A DNA stretch of 58,238 nucleotides from Pachysolen tannophilus NRRL Y-2460 (lineage: Eukaryota). Both the position numbers and the translations under genes were made by a program. Below are positions 19,337 to 30,572 of this stretch, one piece after another. Under the pieces are notes generated by a model that worked only from the letters and a program-made list of their open reading frames with translations, was not told where the DNA came from and made no database searches. Within the stretch, counting starts at the first letter, position 1. Each line of letters begins with the position of its first letter. The stretch is taken from positions 62,001 to 120,238 of the forward strand of contig KV454018.1 of the NCBI GenBank assembly GCA_001661245.1, in the 5' to 3' direction.

Positions 19337-21724
19337 TCAATTGTTTATTAATCTCGCCGTCAAAGCCTCCAAATCTTCTAAAGTTTCTGGCAGTTCAATC
19401 TCTACCACATCTTTTTGAGCCGTCTTATCCATATCATCATCATCTTTTTGGAACCACTGCTTAGGTTTCTTGAGTGGTGGGGCTTCGTCGTCTTCTTCTG
19501 ATTCTGACTGGAAGTCTTCGTCAATATCAGGTAATTCGCTGATTTCTTCCTCTTCACTTTCAATAGTTCCTTCAGATTCTTCTTCTTCCTCCTCTAATCT
19601 TCTTCTTTCTAATTCTTGTCTTCTTCTCTTCTTTTCTAATTTTTTATCTTTAGCTAATGCTTTATCTGTGATATCTTCCTTTTGCATAAACTGTGTTTCA
19701 TTTTCAAGGAATTCCTTCTTTAAATCTTTAATATTATCCTTGACATCTTCTTCTTTAATAAATTCATAAACTTCATGAGTATTTCCTTCGTCATCGAATA
19801 TTAATTTTTTACCTAAACCTTTACTTGACAGTGACTGTTTTTTAGACGTTGCTTTTTTCAAAGACCTCTTTGAACTTAAATCATGCAACTCAGGAATCTC
19901 ATCTTTTAATAAATCGTGATCTTTCCTCTTGATAGTCATGAAGTCATCATCTGCTTCTTGTTCTTCTTGTTCTTCTTGTTGACCATCTTTTTCTCGATCA
20001 TTTGTCATATTAATATAATGTTCTGATAATACTGTAGTATTTTTTCTTTCAAACATCTTATCGTACTTTGTTCTGACTTTCTTGTCGTTATTCTCTATGA
20101 CTTCACCATTTTCATCTGTTTTAGATAAGTTTATCAATTGCCTATTAGTATTTTTCAACTCTTTCATCCTGTTGATTAATTTATCAGTATCATCTGAATT
20201 ATTCAGAGCTTTATTTAAAAACTTAATCTTTGGAGCACCTGGAAGTCCAAGACTTTTGGCAAATTCTTCAGCAGGGTACTGATCAAACTTGAAAACTTCT
20301 TTATCCTTTTGAATGAAAATCGATTTGAAATAACTCATAAATGCTCTTTGACCCAAATATTTCAATTCAGGGTCTTTAAAACAAAGAGATTGTAATTGTT
20401 GATGGATTTGCTTTTTCTTATTATTTTTTATATTTAATTTTTTAATATCGATTTTTTTTGAAGTTAATCTTTTAATAAAACCATCTTCTTCAGATGGGGT
20501 TAAGATTAATAAATTGTTCCCACTTCTTCCAAACCTTCCTGCTCTACCAGCTCTATGTATAAAAGTATTTGCATCTTCGGGGCAATCCAATTGGACAATC
20601 CAATCAACAGCTGGAATATCTATACCTCTAGCAACAACGTCTGTAGTAATTAAACATGATTTATTACTAGCAGAAAATTTCATCGTAGTTTCAATTCTTG
20701 AAGTTTGCTTTTGTCTGCCATGTAATTTCATCAAAGATATACCTGGTTGTAATTTTCTAAAAGTTTCATAAATGAAATGTACTTGTTTTGATGAAGAAAC
20801 GAAAACAATTATTTTACAAGATAAATGTGTTTTCAAAAATGACCATAAGATATTGAGTTTATCATATAATGGAGCTACTATGTAACTTTGTGATAATTGT
20901 TGAGGTACTGGTGTAGAATCATTATCATTATTTCCATTATTATTCCCGTGATCAGTATTAATATCTTCTTTGATATTTATATAAACTGGATTCACCAATG
21001 ATACTCTTGCTAAATCTTTTACAGAATTTGTCTGAGTAGCACTAAATAACAAATTTTGTCTTTCTGGAGGAAGATTTGCCAATATACTATCTAAAGTCTT
21101 TCTAAAACCCATATCCAAGATTCGATCAGCCTCATCCAAGACCAACATTTTCAAATTCGAAAGCTCAAAGTTTACAGATTGGTCCATATGCTGTAAGATT
21201 CTACCAGGAGTACCTATCAAGATATTAATTTTATTTATTCTTTCACTTTCAAATTTAAAATCTTTACCCCCAATGACTAAACCACAACCAAAAGTATTGT
21301 ACCTACCAATTTTCGTCAATACTTCAAAAATCTGTACCGCCAACTCCCTAGTCGGTGTTATAATCAAAGCACAACACCCATCCATATCTGTAACTTTCTC
21401 ATGAACTAATCTTTCCATCAATGGAACTAAAAAAGCCAACGTCTTCCCTGAACCAGTCTTTGCAGCAGCCAAAATATCATTTTTCCTTAACGCAGATATA
21501 ATAGAGTTCCGCTGAATATCAGTCATCGAAACAAACGAATTCTCCTTCAACCCTTTCAAAGTATTTTCCGTTATTGGGAAATCCTCAAATCGATCCAAAT
21601 TCTTAACTGTATGCATATCAAATTTTTCAATCTTTTCCTGTAAACCATTCAAATACTTCTCATTTTGAAAACGATGCTCCTTACGCTGCTTCGCAGTAAG
21701 CACATGATTATGTTTCTTCGCCAT
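19337..21724 (-). CDS. DBP4: DEAD-box RNA helicase Dbp4/Hca4 (DDX10)
   Basis: AKTGSGKTLAFL, PTRELA, LDEADRILDMGF, SAT, HRAGRAGR; Dbp4-specific SLGLPGAPKIKF and RTKYDKMFERKN. Confidence 0.95.
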   Translation of the reverse strand: MAKKHNHVLTAKQRKEHRFQNEKYLNGLQEKIEKFDMHTVKNLDRFEDFPITENTLKGLKENSFVSMTDIQRNSIISALRKNDILAAAKTGSGKTLAFLVPLMERLVHEKVTDMDGCCALIITPTRELAVQIFEVLTKIGRYNTFGCGLVIGGKDFKFESERINKINILIGTPGRILQHMDQSVNFELSNLKMLVLDEADRILDMGFRKTLDSILANLPPERQNLLFSATQTNSVKDLARVSLVNPVYINIKEDINTDHGNNNGNNDNDSTPVPQQLSQSYIVAPLYDKLNILWSFLKTHLSCKIIVFVSSSKQVHFIYETFRKLQPGISLMKLHGRQKQTSRIETTMKFSASNKSCLITTDVVARGIDIPAVDWIVQLDCPEDANTFIHRAGRAGRFGRSGNNLLILTPSEEDGFIKRLTSKKIDIKKLNIKNNKKKQIHQQLQSLCFKDPELKYLGQRAFMSYFKSIFIQKDKEVFKFDQYPAEEFAKSLGLPGAPKIKFLNKALNNSDDTDKLINRMKELKNTNRQLINLSKTDENGEVIENNDKKVRTKYDKMFERKNTTVLSEHYINMTNDREKDGQQEEQEEQEADDDFMTIKRKDHDLLKDEIPELHDLSSKRSLKKATSKKQSLSSKGLGKKLIFDDEGNTHEVYEFIKEEDVKDNIKDLKKEFLENETQFMQKEDITDKALAKDKKLEKKRRRQELERRRLEEEEEESEGTIESEEEEISELPDIDEDFQSESEEDDEAPPLKKPKQWFQKDDDDMDKTAQKDVVEIELPETLEDLEALTARLINN

Positions 21725-22221
21725 CTCTAACCAAATTTCAACAAAACAAAATAATCGTATCTATCTATTCCAACCAACAAGAATTAATACAATGCAATAT
21801 TTTTTATACCAATCTACCAACCTTCTCTCTACTTGAAACTTTTCATTTCCACATGCAGCACAAAAAAAATTTTTTTTTTTTTTTTTTTTTTTATTTTTTT
21901 TTTCCAGGCCGTTGTCGTGACTGGAGACCCAATGAGCCAGCCCGCCTTCAGTGGGCGGTGGCATTGGGAGAGAGTTGGCGGAAAAAAAAAACAGAGGGTC
22001 GCCGGTGTGTTACTGTTTGAGGTAAGTAATTGTGTTTGCCGCCTGCTGGGACCCTTTCTCTTTTCTCTATGAATAACATCTTAAGGTACTACCAAATGGT
22101 ATTATTGAGTTGTAAACTTGAGATGGAGTTTGAAACGAGAGGTTTGGGTGTAGGTATTTAAGAGATTATTATTTATTGGAGCTATATAAATTTAACTATA
22201 AACTGAACAGGACATACTTTA

Positions 22222-24183
22222 TTATGATGTTAGTCCGAAATATTCATCTACTTGAGGCAAGGGTAATTCAGCAATATTATTGTTTGTATATGAATTATTA
22301 TCAATTGTATTTCCCTGTGTAATTGATATTGGGGGTAAAATTGGATGTGAATTATTTGTGAAAATTTTTTCTCTTTGAGTTTCTTGTATAAGGTATGTTT
22401 CAGTTAGACCGAAACAATGTGCTCCTTTCTTTAATATATCCACAGGTAATCCTAGAACGGAAACAAATTGTTTGTGTATTCTCTGTATTGTAAAATTTGT
22501 CTCTGTAGATAACAAATCTGTTAGTTCAAAGCTTTTTCTTATACTTTCAATACTTAGCATCTTGTGTGCTTCGTATATGTGACTGGCCATTACTTCGTTA
22601 TCAGTAAGACTATCTGAATTTTTGGTGAAAATGTGTCTTTCATTTAATCTTTGATAGTTTGCCCTGATAGTTGGGAAACACAAAACATCTAATGGTTGAA
22701 TTACACTTGATGAACATCTAGGAAGTAAAAAAATTATAATATTTTCTCGTTGACAAAATTGTGTTAAATCTTTCCGGTTTTGACATAACTGTTCATCCAT
22801 AATAATTAATCTAAAATTACCATCTTTCAGTTTTTCACCAGTCAAGACATTGAAATGAGTCTCAAGAAAATCTTTTAATAATAAATCTGAAGTCAGTCCC
22901 TTCTTACCAGATCTAAACTTCATCCAACTGGTAACTTCAGGTGCTAACTTAATCGAGTGCTCCAATTTAGCAATTTCGGATGTTTGCATCGATAAACCTT
23001 CCTTGGTATCTCTAGTTGACGAATAAAATATAAGGTACGGAGGTAATATCGATCCATCAGAACATATGGTGGTTAATGAGGTGGTATTATTCTTAGTCCT
23101 TGAAGGTGAATATGTAGGTGAACCAGGAGCCACAGGAGGAGTTTGTCCAATATCTAACTTCTGAAATCCAGTTTCAGCTATATTGTAAATGGAATCTTGT
23201 TTTATATGATATCTTTCAACAATCAGATGGAAAATGTTGAACCAATACTTAATTCTGTTAATGTCAACAGCTGATATTATCCTTTCAGTTTCCCTAAAAG
23301 TGCCTCTTTTAACAGCAATATTTTTCCTTCTCCTAATACGATAAGATAAATTTTTCCCAATAACTGCATCATCTAAACAATCAACCAATTCTATAACGAA
23401 ATCCTTTTCACCTTTATATGACATTCGAAAATCATCTTTATCAGTACTTAATGTCTTTGTTCTGATAGCACCTTTTATCATATAATCGAAAACCGTAGGT
23501 GTAAGCGTCTTGGAAACAACTTCACTTTCTTGGCACAATGTCGCTATAAATTCTACCGCTTCCGGAGGTACTTTTGATTGTTGTATAATTCTTTGTTTCA
23601 AAGATTGACTCTTATTACTCAACCTGGATAAAACTGTGTTTGGTAATACTCCATGAGCTAAAGCTGATTCTGCAACTGAAGGATATCTACCTGTTTTAAA
23701 ATCTTGAATAGCTAACCTAATAGCTTCATCTCTTTCGTCAATGTTTTTAATTTTTTTAACATTTCTCTTTTTAATATAATCTCCTAAAGTACTTTTCGGT
23801 ATTGAATACTGTCTAGCTAATTGACTAAGTTTTTTTGAACAATTAACATATTCTAAATATGCAATTTCCAATTTTTGAATTCTATGTTCTTTCAATAATG
23901 AACCAAATTTTATCTCTGAAGATTTATTACCAGATTCCTTTACCATCGAAGGTGAAAGCTCATTTGCATCATCTCTAATTCCTGTATTAGTATTAGTAGT
24001 ATTAGTGGTGGTGGTGCTAGCAATGGCATTGCTCGAATCATTAGTGGTGATAGAATTAGTAATGTTACTAATATGTTCCAATGAACTTGTCGTTGAGGAT
24101 TTTATAGCTGGTATCTCAAAGCCTCCGTGTACAGCAGCAACAGCTTTTGCTTCCAATTTATTTCTCAATTCGTTAGAATCCAT
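22222..24183 (-). CDS. pogo/Fot1-like (Tc1-mariner superfamily) transposase-derived protein, probably catalytically dead/domesticated
   Basis: Two psq-type HTH repeats (LARQYSIPKSTL; SALAHGVLPNTV) and DDE_1-like motifs IYNIAETG, CSDGSILPPYLIF, RLIIMDE, LPRCSSSVIQPLDV; first ATG at 24183. Confidence 0.85.
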   Translation of the reverse strand: MDSNELRNKLEAKAVAAVHGGFEIPAIKSSTTSSLEHISNITNSITTNDSSNAIASTTTTNTTNTNTGIRDDANELSPSMVKESGNKSSEIKFGSLLKEHRIQKLEIAYLEYVNCSKKLSQLARQYSIPKSTLGDYIKKRNVKKIKNIDERDEAIRLAIQDFKTGRYPSVAESALAHGVLPNTVLSRLSNKSQSLKQRIIQQSKVPPEAVEFIATLCQESEVVSKTLTPTVFDYMIKGAIRTKTLSTDKDDFRMSYKGEKDFVIELVDCLDDAVIGKNLSYRIRRRKNIAVKRGTFRETERIISAVDINRIKYWFNIFHLIVERYHIKQDSIYNIAETGFQKLDIGQTPPVAPGSPTYSPSRTKNNTTSLTTICSDGSILPPYLIFYSSTRDTKEGLSMQTSEIAKLEHSIKLAPEVTSWMKFRSGKKGLTSDLLLKDFLETHFNVLTGEKLKDGNFRLIIMDEQLCQNRKDLTQFCQRENIIIFLLPRCSSSVIQPLDVLCFPTIRANYQRLNERHIFTKNSDSLTDNEVMASHIYEAHKMLSIESIRKSFELTDLLSTETNFTIQRIHKQFVSVLGLPVDILKKGAHCFGLTETYLIQETQREKIFTNNSHPILPPISITQGNTIDNNSYTNNNIAELPLPQVDEYFGLTS

Positions 24184-24930
24184 ATCCGTAAATTCAAAGA
24201 TCAAATAAGATCCATCTGACTAATTTAAACTAAAGATAATTCACTAGTAATCAATCATAAGTTTAATTGTTATTTATCTTGAAGTTGTCCGGCAATTTCA
24301 AGATGATATCACGACACACTACTTTTTCATACATAAATATTCTCTTTAGTAAATTAATTAAATTAAATCTATTTTACTTTATATTTTACCAAAACTACAA
24401 GTTAAATTAGCCATTTCAACTCAATTTAAATCCTATTTATAGATGCACACAAAAGTAGTAATAAATATTATTGATAATAATGAAGTAAAAAAAAATAATC
24501 ATAATAATATATATACAATGTCTTAAAAAGAAAAAAAAACAAAAGAACAAAAATATTTTTTTAAAAAAAAACCAGAAAAAATAAACCAATTACTTTTTCC
24601 CCTTTTTTTTCCCATTCTTTCATTTTTTTTTTTCTATTCATTTTAACCTCTCTATTTTTCCCCATATAAAAAAAATAATTTATAAAAAAAAAGAAAAAAC
24701 AGTAACAAATTTGGAAAATCAGATTAAAAAAAAAAAAAAAAACTTTGAACAAAAAGAAAAAACGCAAATGAACTTCAAAAAAAAATCAAAACAGAAAAGA
24801 GAAAAACGAAAAACGATAAAAAGGAAAAACAATTAAACTTTGGAAAAGCAAAATTATAAAACTTTGTCGCGGAAAATAGATAAGACAAAATAGAACTTAA
24901 GACATTTGAACAAAAAATTATTGATTTAAA

Positions 24931-26871
24931 TTACCACCATTGTTGTTGCGAACTGCTTGGGTTACCGTAATTACTGTAACCACCTTGATTACCATAGGCT
25001 GGTGCACTTGGACGGGCAGATCCACCACCATAACCGCCCCAGCTTGCGCCGCCGCCGTTATTCCAACTGTTTCCACCGTAACTGGAAGCTCCTCTAGAGC
25101 TTCCTAAACCACCTCTTGAGCCACCACGGCCACCTCTGGTGCTACCACCTCTAGTACTTTTAATACCACCTTTTGAACCAGAAGATTCTCTTATAACGAT
25201 GTTTAAGAAATCTGGAATATCTTGGTTAGATTCTTCTAAGATATCTTTCAAGCTCTTAACAACATTTCTGTTATTTCTGTTGAAAAAAGAAGTAGCAACA
25301 CCGGTGTTACCAGCTCTACCAGTTCTACCAATTCTATGAACATAATCATCGATATCAGTTGGTAAATCATAATTGATCACATGGGTAACATTTGGAATAT
25401 CTAAACCTCTTGCAGCAACAGCAGTAGCAACCAATAATCTTGCTCTACCAGTTCTAAACATATCAAGAGCTCTTTCTCTTTCAGCTTGTGATCTATCACC
25501 ATGAATAGCTGCTGCTGGGTAACCTTGTGAAATTAAGAAATCTGCCAAGATATCAGCCATCTTCTTAGTACCTGTGAATATTAAAGTTAAACCATTAATC
25601 ATTTCACCATCAGAATTTAATAAATCCAATAAGACAGATTTTTTCTCATCATCTTCAACGTATAAAACTTTTTGAGTAATATTTTCTGAAGTAGAACCAA
25701 CTCTACCAACTGATAAAAAGATGTATTCTTTTAAGAAATCTTTTGCTAACATTTGAATATCTTTTGGGAAAGTAGCAGAGAATAATAATGTTTGTCTATC
25801 ATGAACACCTGGCATATCACAACCTTGAACGATATGTCTAATTTGTGGTTCAAACCCCATATCTAACATTCTATCAGCTTCATCCAAGACTAAAAATTTA
25901 ATATTTCTTAAAGAAATTTTACCTCTTTCTAATAAATCATTTAATCTACCTGGAGTGGCAACTAATAAATCACAACCTCTTTCCAAAAGTCTAATTTGAG
26001 AATTAACATCTGCACCACCATAGACAACACAAGATTTCATCCATGATCTATAAGAAAATTTTTTTGATTCATCAAAAATTTGTGAAACTAATTCTCTTGT
26101 TGGAGCCAAAATTAACGCGGTAGGGTAAGCTTTATTTGAAGTGAAGATATTTCCCTCACTTTGTTCAATTGGAGCAGGACCAGCAATAAAAGATTGAGAT
26201 AAAACTGGGAATAAAAACCCACCAGTTTTACCTGAACCAGTTTGAGCACAAGCCATTAAATCTCTCTTAGCAGCAACAATTGGAATAGAGTATTTTTGAA
26301 CTGGAGTTGGTTTAGTAAATCTTGATAATTTAACATTTTCAACCAATAATTCATCCAATGGAGGTGAAGTAAAAGCGGTGATTGGTTCTGGAACATCTTT
26401 ACCAACAACTTCAACTGGAATATCATCATAGTTATCGAAATTAATACCTGAAGATTGGAAACTAGGATCTTCTGGTAAACCATATAATTCCAATTCTAAT
26501 TTTTCATTTCTTGGAGCAGGAATATGTTTCCCATCAACCCATTTACCTTCACCAAATCTTGGAGCAGAGAATTTCTGGTTGTTATAACCGCCACCTCTAT
26601 TATTATAATTGTTATAATTGTTATAGCCGCCTCTGTTATTATAACCGCCTCTACCCCTTGATTGATAACCTCCTCTACCTCTTGATTGATAACTGTTATA
26701 ACCTTGATTATAACCACCATCATAATTATTACCATCATAGTTGTTATAAGACCTTTGTTGTGGAACAAATCCTTGATCAGCTCTACCACTACTTCTCAGG
26801 TGAGGTGGCACATAAGAAGAAGCTTGACCATTAATGTTCATGTTTTGCATATTTTGATTTAAGTCAGACAT
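24931..26871 (-). CDS. DED1: DEAD-box RNA helicase Ded1/Dbp1 (DDX3)
   Basis: [62 protein letters not shown]-rich tails, C-terminal WW. Confidence 0.97.
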   Translation of the reverse strand: MSDLNQNMQNMNINGQASSYVPPHLRSSGRADQGFVPQQRSYNNYDGNNYDGGYNQGYNSYQSRGRGGYQSRGRGGYNNRGGYNNYNNYNNRGGGYNNQKFSAPRFGEGKWVDGKHIPAPRNEKLELELYGLPEDPSFQSSGINFDNYDDIPVEVVGKDVPEPITAFTSPPLDELLVENVKLSRFTKPTPVQKYSIPIVAAKRDLMACAQTGSGKTGGFLFPVLSQSFIAGPAPIEQSEGNIFTSNKAYPTALILAPTRELVSQIFDESKKFSYRSWMKSCVVYGGADVNSQIRLLERGCDLLVATPGRLNDLLERGKISLRNIKFLVLDEADRMLDMGFEPQIRHIVQGCDMPGVHDRQTLLFSATFPKDIQMLAKDFLKEYIFLSVGRVGSTSENITQKVLYVEDDEKKSVLLDLLNSDGEMINGLTLIFTGTKKMADILADFLISQGYPAAAIHGDRSQAERERALDMFRTGRARLLVATAVAARGLDIPNVTHVINYDLPTDIDDYVHRIGRTGRAGNTGVATSFFNRNNRNVVKSLKDILEESNQDIPDFLNIVIRESSGSKGGIKSTRGGSTRGGRGGSRGGLGSSRGASSYGGNSWNNGGGASWGGYGGGSARPSAPAYGNQGGYSNYGNPSSSQQQWW

Positions 26872-27528
26872 ATTCGCTGTTTATTCTATTAATATATTCC
26901 TCTTTTTCTTTTTTTTTTTTTTTATCTATCTATCTTATTAAAAAACAAATAAAACCTGTTGATTTATTAATAAAAAAAAAATAAACAAATAACCTTATTA
27001 TATTAATTTTTCTTAAAAAATTAATAATTTAAATAAATATAATATAATTAAATATAATATAAAATAATATAATAATTTAAAGATTATATTATTTATTATA
27101 CCTTTGTTAAAGAGAAAATTTTTTCGACTTTTTTAAAAAAAAAAATTTTTTTTTTTGTTTTTTTTTTTTTGGGAAAAAAAATTGAAATTAACAAAGTAGT
27201 GCTCAGATATGCAAAATATCCAAAAAGAGAAATAGTGAATGGCGGTATAAGGGCTACTAACCGGTGGTGAAGTTAAATAGTAAAGAAGATAGATGCTGAA
27301 GAAGTTGAATGGTGATAGAGTGGGTGTGGGTGTGGGAGAAGTAGAGGATAGATTGTGTATTGTGCTGTGCTCTAAATAGCTCAGAAAAACGGAACGTAAC
27401 AGAAAAAAGGAAGAAAAAAAAAAAGAAACAAAACCAAAAAAGAAAAGTAACTTAGCTCTGAAATCTGAAATAAATAGTTTAATTAATTGTAATGGATATC
27501 GAAGATACCTGTTATGCCTGGGAGGGAC

Positions 27529-29016
27529 TTAGTTGATCTGTTTAACTTGGACGTCCACGTGTTTTGCAAGTAAACCGTACTCGTCTATGTTCAAGTCTTT
27601 ATTTTCAATTAATAGTTTGTCCAATAGATCTAGTAGTTGTTTGTTAGTTTTCACAACCCCTCCTAGATTGAGGAATTGAAGATTTATCAAGATTTGAAAC
27701 CTTGATATTGGTGGGGTGCTGTTGCAAATCTTGTTGCTGTTTATGCTAAAGATTTTGATTTCCAACATTGATTTGAAAAAATTCGGTATATTGGGATCAC
27801 AAATTTTAGTTTTTAAATCATTATTAAAATTTTTAACATTATTAGTATTATTTGGAAGTTTAGAAATTTTTAATATTTTTTGTAAATAATTAATTGTTAA
27901 AATTTGAATAAATCTCAGTTGTCTTGAATTCAGAAGATTTGTCAGTTTAATTAAACTATTCAACTTAGTTTTATTTATATTTTCCAATTTATCATCTTTT
28001 ATCTTTATTCCTTTATCAGCTTCAACATTTTTACCACATGATTCATCACTTAAAATTTCAAGTTGTTTTTTTTTAAAAAAATAACCATCTTCTAAAAATT
28101 GATCATTTTCTTTATAATATTCTAATAAACTATCTTGTAAATATTTTTGTAAATAATTCTTAGATGGATATGGAACAAATAATGATGATTTATCCTTTTC
28201 TCCATCAAAATCACCTCTCATCCAATTTCTAATTTTTGAAATATCTGCAAATTTATATTTCTTATCAACAGGACCATTATTACTTGATTCTTCATTCCTT
28301 GTTTCAAATCTTGATCTTTTCCTTTTACTTTCACCAAACAAATCATGACAATTATTTTCGCCACTTACACCACTAAAATCATTGTCATCACTATTATTCA
28401 AATCAGGATTGGAATTTGACGAACCTAACGAATTCAACGCAGCAGAACTAGATGTAGATGGTGGAGTTCTCATGGTTAATAAACCTGCTGCAGCATCTGT
28501 GATACTAGTATCTAAGGGTAAAAATAATGGTGCTGTAGGTTGAGGTACTTTAAGTTCACTATAATTAGAACTTGGATACGAATGTGAATGTGAATGTGTA
28601 TATAAATTTGTGTTTGATTGATACTGGGATACCAGCATTGAACTTGTGGTTCTCGCCATTGTTGTAGTTAACGGATAAGTTGTTCCTGCTGGATATGCAT
28701 TATTATTGCATATCATGGAATGCATTTGAACATTATTATTTGACATGGGACCGGAAAAAGTATCTGAATGACCATCACGCAGACGGAAATTGATAGGAGG
28801 AAGTTGATTACGATTGAAAACATTCCGATTATTTGTCGATGATATAATATTGGGTTGTATAATTCTTGTACTATTACTATTACTATTACTATTATTATTA
28901 CTACCAATATTATTATTAGCAGTATTACCGCTATATGTATCACTAGTATTAGCAGTTACAACATCGTTGCAACGATTATTATAAAGAAACTTATTATCAC
29001 TTGAACCTTGATGCAT
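27529..29016 (-). CDS. Hypothetical protein, N/S-rich N-terminus with basic NLS-like patch
   Basis: 495-aa ATG ORF; LPPINF and AAAGLLTM short motifs, KRKRSR, globular K/L/N-rich C-terminal half; no family recognised. Confidence 0.7.
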   Translation of the reverse strand: MHQGSSDNKFLYNNRCNDVVTANTSDTYSGNTANNNIGSNNNSNSNSNSTRIIQPNIISSTNNRNVFNRNQLPPINFRLRDGHSDTFSGPMSNNNVQMHSMICNNNAYPAGTTYPLTTTMARTTSSMLVSQYQSNTNLYTHSHSHSYPSSNYSELKVPQPTAPLFLPLDTSITDAAAGLLTMRTPPSTSSSAALNSLGSSNSNPDLNNSDDNDFSGVSGENNCHDLFGESKRKRSRFETRNEESSNNGPVDKKYKFADISKIRNWMRGDFDGEKDKSSLFVPYPSKNYLQKYLQDSLLEYYKENDQFLEDGYFFKKKQLEILSDESCGKNVEADKGIKIKDDKLENINKTKLNSLIKLTNLLNSRQLRFIQILTINYLQKILKISKLPNNTNNVKNFNNDLKTKICDPNIPNFFKSMLEIKIFSINSNKICNSTPPISRFQILINLQFLNLGGVVKTNKQLLDLLDKLLIENKDLNIDEYGLLAKHVDVQVKQIN

Positions 29017-29477
29017 CGCTACCTAATCCACAATTATTTCAAAACTCTCTTATGAATCAGCAATATCTGCTCTTTAAATCTCAATGAGATAAAGTCGTTG
29101 AATGAATAATATGTACCCAATTAGATCTTGATTTACTGATAAGTAATTTTTTTACTTTTCTTTTTTAATCATGTTTTCGCGCTGAATCAAGTCTAGAAAT
29201 TCAAAAGGTTAGATATCAACTCAAAAAGAGTTGAAATCATGTTAGAACTAGACATTGGCTTAGAAATGTAATATTATAATTCATATTAATGGTTTGTTTA
29301 CAAGTATTTTTGAAACATTACTTTATGATAACTCATTTTTAGCTGGAAAATAAAAAATTTCTAAAAAATACAAAATAAAATCAAAAAAAAAAAGAAACCT
29401 ATTGACCCATTGACCCATTGACTCTCTTGAGATACAAGTAAACCCCATTAGAAGTAATCATTAAGTATGTTAGCGCA

Positions 29478-30572
29478 TCAAGTGGGTTCACTGAGACAGT
29501 CAAAAAAAATTTCTTCTCCTTTATTGTCTTTTTCCTGATTTTCTTCAATTTCTTCTTCTAATATGCTACTGATGATATTGTTATTGTTATTGTTACTACC
29601 ATTTTTCCTGTCCTCTATATCCCCCATTTTCTGTGTGCCATTTTCATTAAACAAAGTTCTGAAATCAACCTTGTCTTCATCGTTGTTGCCTTTAATTTTT
29701 TTCCGCACCCTTATTGTATTAAGAGTGTCCTGATTTGTACGGCTTATACCACTGGAAAATAATGTCGTTTGCTTTGTCGATATCGTATCCACCATATCCA
29801 GTGTGGAGAAAATTGAAGAAGAAGGAACACTCATTATCGAAGCATTTGAAGCATCTTGCTGTTCTTGTTGTTTATTTTGAAAATCAAGGGTTCCGTCCTG
29901 GTCAGTATCCTTTTGTGACAAGTTGTGATTGTCATCAATAGTGAAACTTGGTAAATTATAACCATCGTCATCTTCATATATTGTGTGATCATCGTCCTCA
30001 GCACTAATAGCATGTATCTCATCGATATCTGATGAGGCTTTTTTTGGATTTGTATTTAGAATATCAAATATTTCGTCATATTTTTTATTATTGTCCATTA
30101 TGACTTTATTAATGATATTTTCCTTTTGTGTAGAATAAATTATATCAAAATTTAACTTCAACCTATCCCATGAATTCTGTTTTATAAAATTCAATATATT
30201 AAAAATTGTACCTCTTATACTAAATAAATGAATTGTTGTATTTTTAAAAGTGAATAAATATTTTATTATAACAAGATTTATACCTGTGATCAACCCAATT
30301 ACAAATCCAAACATTATTGATTGATATAAGAATTTGAATAAAAAATGACATGACTCTAATACTAGGGACAAATTGAATCTATGACTCTCTAATGATGGTG
30401 AAGATGATATTCCCAAAAAATAAGTTATAAAATAAAATAATTTCAATGATAGTACTAATGGTAAAGTTACAATATGAAATACATTACTGAAAAATGTTAA
30501 CAACGGAGAAATAATCAAGAAATCCAACACCGAGAAAACAACATTATAGATCAATATTATCAATCCAATCAT
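29478..30572 (-). CDS. Hypothetical membrane protein (N-terminal hydrophobic helices, acidic C-terminus)
   Basis: 364-aa ATG ORF; first ~110 aa contain 2-3 hydrophobic segments; ends EEIFFDCLSEPT. Confidence 0.75.
   Translation of the reverse strand: MIGLIILIYNVVFSVLDFLIISPLLTFFSNVFHIVTLPLVLSLKLFYFITYFLGISSSPSLESHRFNLSLVLESCHFLFKFLYQSIMFGFVIGLITGINLVIIKYLFTFKNTTIHLFSIRGTIFNILNFIKQNSWDRLKLNFDIIYSTQKENIINKVIMDNNKKYDEIFDILNTNPKKASSDIDEIHAISAEDDDHTIYEDDDGYNLPSFTIDDNHNLSQKDTDQDGTLDFQNKQQEQQDASNASIMSVPSSSIFSTLDMVDTISTKQTTLFSSGISRTNQDTLNTIRVRKKIKGNNDEDKVDFRTLFNENGTQKMGDIEDRKNGSNNNNNNIISSILEEEIEENQEKDNKGEEIFFDCLSEPT

Noticed and set aside
22080..24500. Active DNA transposon with TIRs
   Set aside because: No inverted terminal repeats or target duplication found by eye; catalytic motif mutated.
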